This document shows, piece by piece, positions 14,899-21,117 of a stretch of DNA of 21,117 nucleotides. The DNA lies in assembly GCA_964013405.1 (NCBI GenBank), contig CAXGWI010000052.1, positions 1 through 21,117 of the forward strand, read 5' to 3'. Under the pieces are notes generated by a model, which was not told the DNA's origin, searched no databases, and worked only from the letters and a program-made list of their open reading frames with translations. Source of the stretch: an uncultured Myxococcales bacterium. Lineage in GTDB: Bacteria; Myxococcota; UBA4151. A program made the translations under genes and the position numbers. Position 1 is the stretch's first letter, and every line of letters starts with the position of its first letter.

Positions 14899-17109
14899 TC
14901 ACACCTCGTTGGTTTCAGCCGAGTCTCGAGGGAGCCAGCGGTCGAGGGTTGAGCGCAGGACGTCGAAGTCCAATGGCTTACCCATGTAATCATCCATCCC
15001 CGCGGCAAGGCAGCGCTCCCGGTCCCCAGGAAGGACGGAGGCTGTCATGGCAATAATCTTCACCCGATGCCCGGTCTCGACCTCCAGCCCGCGCATCTGG
15101 GCCGTGGCCTGAAATCCATCTAACTCGGGCATGCGGCAATCCATCAAGACCAGATCAAACTCTTGCTCGATCATCTTCGTGACAGCTTCACTACCATTGG
15201 GAACGATCACAGGATTAAATCCAAGTTGCTCCAACATGAGCCTGGCGACCTTCTGGTTTACCGGGTTGTCCTCAGCGATCAGAATACGACCGGGATGCTG
15301 GGGACGCTGGCTCCCCGTTACCCCCTCGGGCAGGTTCATGGGAGTACCGATCAATTCGGACAAGGCCAACAACAGATGGTAGCGGCGGATCGGTCGTTCC
15401 AAAATGGCGATCCCACTGGATTCAGCCACTTGGGCGTCATCGACCTGCAGCCCTGGTGGCACCAACAGGACCTTGGCTGCCTTCGTAGGCCCCATTTCGG
15501 CCAGAAAGCGCCGACCACTCCCGTCGCTTAAACGTAGGTTCACCATGATGAGTTCGAAGGGCTCTTCGCTCTTCATAGTGGCCGAGGCAGAGGCCGCTGA
15601 GTCCACGAGCGTGACGGCCAGGCCCCACCACGTCAGGTAGGATGCGAGAATTCCATCGACGCAGGCGGGCGCACCGACGATGAGCACCCGTTTACGCTCA
15701 AATGAGCCAGGGGGCACCTGCAGCGGGTCCGATGCGGAGTTCGGCAAGGCAGCAAGAGGAACCTCGATCCAAAACGTAGAGCCCTCCCCGACTTGGCTCT
15801 CTAAGCCCATCTCACCACCAAAGGTCGACACGAGGCGCCAGCAAACCGCCAGGCCAAGCCCGGTCCCGCCGGGCCGCCGCATACTGAGTTCATCACTGTG
15901 CTGAAAAGGTTGGAAGATGGCTTCTCGAGCATCCTCAGGGATGCCCACGCCCGTATCGCAAACCTCCACCCGGAGTCGCTCATTCTCGCCCCGCATCAGG
16001 CGGAGGTTCACCTCGCCATCATCTGTAAACTTGATGGCATTGGACACAAGGTTGAGGAGGAGCTGTCGGAATCGAGTTGGGTCGCCCTCAACTCGGCTCG
16101 GTAGTTGGGGATCAATGGAACAGGTCAGTTCAAGGCCTTTAGCGAATGCACCAGGGGCCAATAAGGCGGCCACCTCTTCGGCGGCGTTACCGGGCGAAAA
16201 GGGTCTTGTCTCCAACTGTAAGGCGCCAGCCTCGATGGTCGAGAAGTCCAAGATATCATTGAGAATCGCCAAGAGAGTCCGGCTCGAGTCATCCGCGGTC
16301 TGGACCAGATCCCGCTGACGAGCATCGAGGGGCCCCTGTTGGAGCAACTGAAGCATGCCGAGGATCCCATTCATCGGGGTTCGGATCTCATGGCTCATGT
16401 TGGCGACGAAGGCACTCTTCGCCTCCGTGGCTGAGTTGGCCCACTTCAGCGCCTCTCCCAGATGTTCAGCCAAATCCTTGTTCTCAAACCCGACAGCGAC
16501 AGAGCGTACCATCAGGTCGCTTTGCCCGCGGGCTGTGGGCAACAAAACACCGAGAAAGATACCGATGAGAAGGGCCAGGATTAACTCGTCTGGCCCTCTG
16601 GATTGGAGAAAGAACATACACTGGGGCAGCAGCAGGATGAGGGCGAAGGCCACGTAACCCTGAAAGTGCCCGGCGAGCGTCGAGAGCCCAGCGGCAGCGA
16701 ACATCGCCAGGATACAGATGATGACCGCCTGGTGAGGAAGGTCCGCGTTGTTGAGCACGAGGACAGAGCCAATGCTGATCCCCAGGGCCGACAGCATGAC
16801 CTGTAAGAAAAATCGCCGTTTCCAGACCGGCATATCCTCTCGGGGCAACTCCCGTTCATGAAAGCGGCGGATCGTCACGGAGCGCATCAACGCGATGCTG
16901 AACATGATCGAAAGCCATAAGCCCAAAAAGACCCAGGGGACCCGATCTCGGACCACCCATGCGATCAAACCGGGCACCATGACGGTCCCAAGAACCCCCA
17001 CCATGGCCTGGCGATATAACAGCCGCGTCAGCGCTTCTTGGACGAGAGGGCTGTTGGTATCCTGTTCCCCACTGGCTTGCACGAGGGCCTCCGCCAAGAA
17101 GGTTCGCAC
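14899..17109 (-). CDS. Membrane-bound hybrid sensor histidine kinase (multi-TM input, HisKA, HATPase, pseudo-receiver, receiver)
   Basis: About six hydrophobic segments. H-box [16 protein letters not shown]-box [11 protein letters not shown]1 DTGVGI, G2 GGTGLGL. C-terminal REC: AEDN, LMDCRMP, MTAS, GKP. Start codon (GTG 17109) uncertain. Confidence 0.93.
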   Translation of the reverse strand: MRTFLAEALVQASGEQDTNSPLVQEALTRLLYRQAMVGVLGTVMVPGLIAWVVRDRVPWVFLGLWLSIMFSIALMRSVTIRRFHERELPREDMPVWKRRFFLQVMLSALGISIGSVLVLNNADLPHQAVIICILAMFAAAGLSTLAGHFQGYVAFALILLLPQCMFFLQSRGPDELILALLIGIFLGVLLPTARGQSDLMVRSVAVGFENKDLAEHLGEALKWANSATEAKSAFVANMSHEIRTPMNGILGMLQLLQQGPLDARQRDLVQTADDSSRTLLAILNDILDFSTIEAGALQLETRPFSPGNAAEEVAALLAPGAFAKGLELTCSIDPQLPSRVEGDPTRFRQLLLNLVSNAIKFTDDGEVNLRLMRGENERLRVEVCDTGVGIPEDAREAIFQPFQHSDELSMRRPGGTGLGLAVCWRLVSTFGGEMGLESQVGEGSTFWIEVPLAALPNSASDPLQVPPGSFERKRVLIVGAPACVDGILASYLTWWGLAVTLVDSAASASATMKSEEPFELIMVNLRLSDGSGRRFLAEMGPTKAAKVLLVPPGLQVDDAQVAESSGIAILERPIRRYHLLLALSELIGTPMNLPEGVTGSQRPQHPGRILIAEDNPVNQKVARLMLEQLGFNPVIVPNGSEAVTKMIEQEFDLVLMDCRMPELDGFQATAQMRGLEVETGHRVKIIAMTASVLPGDRERCLAAGMDDYMGKPLDFDVLRSTLDRWLPRDSAETNEV

Positions 17110-17145
17110 GGTCTCGACTCACTGCCAAGTTCGTCACTGATGGTC

Positions 17146-17174
17146 TTGCCAGTCGCGCTGCCACCCGTTAGCGC
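17146..17174 (+). promoter_or_regulatory. Candidate sigma70-type promoter for the MaoC pair
   Basis: TTGCCA (17146-17151)-N17-TAGCGC (17169-17174). SD-like AAAGGA precedes ATG 17198. Confidence 0.35.
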
Positions 17175-17197
17175 AAGCCCGCGAAAGGAAGCTGATC

Positions 17198-17581
17198 ATG
17201 AGTGAAAATGAGTTCTCGGAAGAGCAAAAGGTCGATCGCTATCGAGCTGTTTTGTATGCCGGTGCGAGCGGCGATTTTAACCCGATTCACATCGACCCGA
17301 GCGTGCGGCTTCCAGACGGCTCTCGCGGCCCCATTCTCCATGGTCTCTGCACGGCCGCTTGGATGGTGGATGCGGTGAGTCGCCATGTAGGAGACCCCCG
17401 CAAGATCAAGGGCATGCGGACGCGCTTTAGCAGTCCGGTACGGCTGGGAGACCGCCTCTCCTTTCGGGGCGAACTGCAGCAGGAGAACGAAGACGGCACG
17501 CAGGTTTATGCCATCGATGCGGTCAATCAGGACGATGAACCTGTCCTGAAGCGATCCACCGTCACCGTCGGGGAGGTCTAG
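17198..17581 (+). CDS. MaoC-family (R)-specific dehydratase, catalytic HadB-like subunit
   Basis: Hydratase-2 motif YAGASGDFNPIH, ILHGL, RFSSPVRLGD. Confidence 0.9.
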   Translation: MSENEFSEEQKVDRYRAVLYAGASGDFNPIHIDPSVRLPDGSRGPILHGLCTAAWMVDAVSRHVGDPRKIKGMRTRFSSPVRLGDRLSFRGELQQENEDGTQVYAIDAVNQDDEPVLKRSTVTVGEV

Positions 17582-17583
17582 TC

Positions 17584-18015
17584 ATGGCGAAAGCAGAAGA
17601 ATTCGTTGGCCGGGAGTACGGCCCCTTCACCTATCATGTGGGCCACGAGAAGATTCGAGAGTACGCATCGGCCACCAAGAACAGCCACCCCTGGCATCAC
17701 GATGAGGCGGCCGCCGAAGCCGTGGGGGGACTGATGGCCCCACCGATGTTTGCCGTCATTCCCACCTTTAAGCCGGTCATCGCCTGTGTCTCAGACGAAG
17801 AACTCGAGATCGACCTGGCGAAACTGGTCCACGGCGAACAGGAATTCCAGTTCCACCGCCCCATTCGGGCTGGCGACAAGTTGATCACCACCGGGTGCAT
17901 GGAAACCGTTCGAGAAAAAGGCCCCATGTACTTCGTGAAGATCCGGACCACGACCACCGATGGCGACGGCGAGGCCGTTGTGACTGGCTTGTGGAACCTC
18001 GTCATTCGGATCTGA
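17584..18015 (+). CDS. MaoC/FAS1-type dehydratase N-terminal-domain protein, HadA-like partner subunit
   Basis: VGHEKIREYA, APPMF, LVHGEQEFQFHRPIRAGD. Starts 2 nt after the upstream stop. Confidence 0.88.
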   Translation: MAKAEEFVGREYGPFTYHVGHEKIREYASATKNSHPWHHDEAAAEAVGGLMAPPMFAVIPTFKPVIACVSDEELEIDLAKLVHGEQEFQFHRPIRAGDKLITTGCMETVREKGPMYFVKIRTTTTDGDGEAVVTGLWNLVIRI

Positions 18016-18058
18016 GACGACGGTCGAGTCGCTCGCTGGTTAGACCGCGTGTAGCCCC

Positions 18059-19084
18059 TTAGGCCTCTCGCAACCGGGTTGCCGTGAATTCGATGGCGAG
18101 CCGCATCAACTCAGCGGGTGGTGGCATGGTGACCTCGAGATCACGGAGCAGTTGCTCACTGAACTCGGCCTCATATTCGTAGGTGTCGTTCAAGTAGCCG
18201 AAGTCCCGGGCCGTTTGACTCCGCCCCGCCAACAGGGTCGCGATGGGGCCGGCGAGATCCCAACCCGCCGCCAGGCCTCGGGTCCTGAGGCCATTGCGTT
18301 CGGCAATGGCTTGCACCAGCGTCCGGGAAGGCAAGGGCTGGGGATGGTCGACCACCACAATTCGCTGATGGGCCCGGAAGCTCGAGGCCAGTCGGGCCGC
18401 GGCCATCGCAAGGGTATCGGAAGCGACCGCGTGCAATCGAGCTCTACGACTGGGCAATGGGAGCGGCAGGCGTTTCGGCATCTGACTCGCCAGGATCCCC
18501 AGCCGATAGATACCACCGAGCCGGTCGATGTGACCGGTTCGAGAATGCCCAATCACCAAGCCGGGGCGCAGCAGCGTCCAAGGCAAGTCGCTGGACATCA
18601 CCAAGCGCTCCCGGGCTAACAGGTCCATTTCCAATCCATTGCGTAGATCCGGGTCAACCGCGGGGGCTTCAGCCGCCACAAGTCCCGAGCCCTGACCCAG
18701 AACAAAGAGACTCGACAAAACCACCAGACGCGGCTTTTCGGCGCACTCCGATGCGAAGCGAAGCAGCTGGCGAGTGGCTTCGATCCGGCGTCGTTGTGTC
18801 CGCCGTCGCCCCCGCCCGAGCCCATCATCGAGGGCGAAGTGAAAGATGCGCTTCACAGTAGGCATCAGGCGCTCAAGGGACTCGGCCGAGAGACCGAGGT
18901 CGACCGCAGAGCCCTCCCCTCGATGGATAAAGACCCCCTGGGGACGCCCCAGGGTCGCTCGAGCCACTTCGACCTGCTCGGGGGCCACCAGAAGGTGATT
19001 TGGCTCGTCGGGATGCTCCCTTCGGAGCACCTCCAAAAGCTGCTGCGTTAAGAAACTCGGGTATCCGACGATCAGGTTGGCCAT
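18059..19084 (-). CDS. Extended SDR / male-sterility-like NAD-binding-fold protein, apparently degenerate (start revised to ATG 19084)
   Basis: NLIVGYPSFL (cf. VTGFPGFI), GEGSAVDLGLS, IFHFA, VVLSSLFV, WTLLRPGLVIGHSRTG..G.Y. Confidence 0.75.
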   Translation of the reverse strand: MANLIVGYPSFLTQQLLEVLRREHPDEPNHLLVAPEQVEVARATLGRPQGVFIHRGEGSAVDLGLSAESLERLMPTVKRIFHFALDDGLGRGRRRTQRRRIEATRQLLRFASECAEKPRLVVLSSLFVLGQGSGLVAAEAPAVDPDLRNGLEMDLLARERLVMSSDLPWTLLRPGLVIGHSRTGHIDRLGGIYRLGILASQMPKRLPLPLPSRRARLHAVASDTLAMAAARLASSFRAHQRIVVVDHPQPLPSRTLVQAIAERNGLRTRGLAAGWDLAGPIATLLAGRSQTARDFGYLNDTYEYEAEFSEQLLRDLEVTMPPPAELMRLAIEFTATRLREA

Positions 19085-19101
19085 CCCAATTCGGCTACGC
19101 C

Positions 19102-19144
19102 AAGGGGACCATGGGGTGCAAGCGGAGCTTGCGAAGGGGACCAT
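19102..19144. repeat. 11-bp direct repeat flanking a 6-bp inverted repeat in a divergent intergenic region
   Basis: AAGGGGACCAT at 19102-19112 and 19134-19144. GCAAGC-GGA-GCTTGC at 19118-19132. Confidence 0.75.
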
Positions 19145-19183
19145 TCGTGGGCAAAGGGAGTCCACTCTGCCACTGGAGAGAAC

Positions 19184-20017
19184 ATGCACAAGGCGGCATT
19201 ACTTTGCTCACTCCTTTGCGCTGCCCCGGCGTGGGCCCAGCAAGAAGAACCCCAGGAATCCACCACCACGGAAGCGGCAGAGGCTGCCCCCGAAGCCGCT
19301 GCCGAAGCGAACGAAGCTGCGACAGAGGCCCCGGCAGAAGCACCGGCCGCCGTTGCACCAGCCGCCGTGGAGCCCGCGAAAGAGGTCGCACCGGCGCCGA
19401 GCCCAAAACCGGTACCCGCACCCACCGTTGCACCAACCCCGCCCACCGCGCCCCCGATGGACCCCAAACTCGCTGGCTTAACCCTCGGCGGACAGGTCAT
19501 CTTTGCCGCAGCCCTGAAGGCGAAATCCCTCACCGATGCCGAGAAGGCTCGGCTGGCCGGCGCATTTTCCACGGCCCAGGGCGATTGGCTTGCCCCCGAG
19601 GGGGTCCGCCCCGACCTCTTAAAGGCCTTTGCAGATGCCGTGGAGCCCCTGGCTGAGGTTGATCCTCAGGATGCGACGGCGGTGCGCGGTAAAACCGCGG
19701 ATTTGGTGAAAGCCGTCGATGCGGCTTCCGCGCTCGCCGAGGCCTCAGCACGCCCCGTCCTGCGGGCCGATGTTCTCGCTGGGCTCCAGGTGTTCAAGAC
19801 GGCCTTACAGCCGCCCTATGCCCATGGGCAATCGAAGCGCAAAATCTATGGTTGGACGCTCGCTGGATTCGGTGGCTTGGTCGCCCTCACTGGAGGCACG
19901 GCGCTGATCAACCCCAACGAACCGAGCCGTCTCGGATTCGCAACCACCGCAACCACAACCGGTATCTTGCTGGCCGGGGCTGGTGCTGCCATGGTTCTGT
20001 TGGATGATTCCCCTTAG
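19184..20017 (+). CDS. Exported hypothetical protein with an Ala/Glu/Pro/Thr-rich region and a C-terminal hydrophobic hairpin
   Basis: Signal peptide ending AWA-QQ, low-complexity linker, two Gly/Ala-rich hydrophobic segments at the C-terminus. SD GGAG. Confidence 0.8.
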   Translation: MHKAALLCSLLCAAPAWAQQEEPQESTTTEAAEAAPEAAAEANEAATEAPAEAPAAVAPAAVEPAKEVAPAPSPKPVPAPTVAPTPPTAPPMDPKLAGLTLGGQVIFAAALKAKSLTDAEKARLAGAFSTAQGDWLAPEGVRPDLLKAFADAVEPLAEVDPQDATAVRGKTADLVKAVDAASALAEASARPVLRADVLAGLQVFKTALQPPYAHGQSKRKIYGWTLAGFGGLVALTGGTALINPNEPSRLGFATTATTTGILLAGAGAAMVLLDDSP

Positions 20018-20399
20018 TCTACTCCTCTTACTGGCCCCGTCCCCGCCCTGCGTCGATGCGCCGGGGGCGGCTGACTGCCCCCCGTCCAAATGCCCAAAGG
20101 GTGGGTCTGCGGAGCAGTGCCAGAATGCAGCGAGCATCGAGACGCAAATGAACCTCGATTGGAACCACCGCCCAGGGATGGGTAAGCACATGTCCCTGAA
20201 GGCCCCGAAGAAGAAAAAGGTGCCGAGCGTGGAAGCAAAAACAGCAGCTCAGGGCGGACGTTATTGGCTCCGCTGCTTGGGAGGGCTCGCCATCGCGGGC
20301 GGCAGCGCATACACTTTCGCGCAGGGTGGTTTGCCTCGTCAGGTCGTCGGCGTCCTTGGCCTTGGTGCGGGCGGCTATCTTTGCTGGAGTGCGCAATGA
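20004..20399 (+). CDS. Small exported hypothetical protein with a 4-Cys N-terminus and a C-terminal hydrophobic hairpin (start revised to ATG 20004)
   Basis: MIPLSLLLLLAPSPPC..C..C..C, Lys-rich linker, two Gly-rich hydrophobic segments. Overlaps both neighbours, filling the gap exactly. Confidence 0.65.
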   Translation: MIPLSLLLLLAPSPPCVDAPGAADCPPSKCPKGGSAEQCQNAASIETQMNLDWNHRPGMGKHMSLKAPKKKKVPSVEAKTAAQGGRYWLRCLGGLAIAGGSAYTFAQGGLPRQVVGVLGLGAGGYLCWSAQ

Positions 20400-21117
20400 G
20401 GTTTGGCATCACAACACTGCTGCTCTTGCTCGCCTTCACGCAGCCCGCCCACGGCGAAGAAACGGTCTATTACCTGATGAAGGCCCGGACGATGGGCTCC
20501 GGTGTTCCGGCCGGTCTCAATACGGAAGTTCTGACCAAAATTCGGCGTGTTGTGAGTAAGCATAATCGCCTGGTCGTCGAGGGAGAAGTGGACTCGATGG
20601 CTGTCGAAGGTCCGGTCATCCCAGCCAAAAAGCTGGCGATGCAGCTGGAAGAAGCTCGACTGGCTTTCGAGGGTCTGGAATTCGAGAAGGCCCGTAATCT
20701 AGCCAGCGACGTGCTCGCTGCCATCGGTTCCCTACCTGCAACGCCAGCGGGTCGGGGCTTATGGCGCCAAGCTCAAATCCGACTCATCGCCATCGCCGAT
20801 GGTGAAGGTAACGAAGACGAAACGACTCGACGTGTCGATGAGCTGCTGCGCATCGAGCCCGGCCTCGATCCCTCAGCCATGGGCGTCGAACCTCACCTCG
20901 TCGATCTCCTCATCGCCGCCAAAGCCCGAGTGCCCGCGTCGGTCCCCGTTCGACTCCGGCTCAGTCCACCAGGGGCCAAAGCCTGGCTCGACGGCCAACC
21001 GGCCGGCACAAAACCCCGGGCCCGGCCGGGCGCGCACCGGGTGATGGTCAAGCGAGCCGGATATGCGGCTTACGTTGGCTCATTCACTGCTCGAGAAGGC
21101 CTTCCCGTCGAGGTCCA
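20396..21117 (+). CDS. Partial CDS (5' part): exported helical/TPR-like plus PEGA-domain protein
   Basis: Not in the ORF track because it runs off the window. ATGA overlap with the upstream stop. Open to the edge: signal peptide MRFGITTLLLLLAFTQPAHG, helical LEEARLAFEGLEFEKA..LLRIEPGL, PEGA-like VRLRLSPPGAKAWLDGQPAG..PGAHRVMVKRAGY. Confidence 0.85.
   Translation, partial: MRFGITTLLLLLAFTQPAHGEETVYYLMKARTMGSGVPAGLNTEVLTKIRRVVSKHNRLVVEGEVDSMAVEGPVIPAKKLAMQLEEARLAFEGLEFEKARNLASDVLAAIGSLPATPAGRGLWRQAQIRLIAIADGEGNEDETTRRVDELLRIEPGLDPSAMGVEPHLVDLLIAAKARVPASVPVRLRLSPPGAKAWLDGQPAGTKPRARPGAHRVMVKRAGYAAYVGSFTAREGLPVEV

Noticed and set aside
19085..19189. 35-residue N-terminal extension of the SDR-like ORF
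   Set aside because: It would overlap the start of the divergent gene and remove the promoter region. The Rossmann-like strand begins at Met 19084.
1..21117. CRISPR arrays, tRNA/rRNA, IS elements, integrases, frameshifted pseudogenes
   Set aside because: By eye I found no regularly spaced repeats or transposase/integrase motifs. Intergenic gaps are all short (about 120 nt or less) and every recognised gene has an intact frame.

Overview
GC-rich bacterial chromosomal window. Cys-rich exported proteins and a TPR/PEGA-type protein suggest a Myxococcota/Deltaproteobacteria-like host (inference, no taxonomic search run). From left to right: (1) the 3' end of a Cys-rich gene and a strong intrinsic terminator; (2) a tightly coupled unit of a Cys-rich lipoprotein, two tandem HTH-WYL regulators resembling actinobacterial PafB and PafC, and an RseP/site-2 protease; (3) a DUF2135/YfaP-like exported protein and an M23 peptidase; (4) an 8-gene surface-glycan locus resembling Bordetella wlb / Pseudomonas wbp, split into two divergent arms around a palindromic intergenic region; (5) a membrane hybrid histidine kinase with one degenerate and one intact receiver; (6) a HadB/HadA-like MaoC dehydratase pair; (7) a catalytically degenerate extended SDR; (8) a coupled operon of three exported proteins, the last a truncated PEGA-domain gene absent from the ORF track. 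I saw no rRNA, tRNA, CRISPR array or mobile element. The best candidate for an undescribed system is the lipoprotein-pafBC-like-rseP operon. Family assignments come from motif recognition by eye, not database searches.
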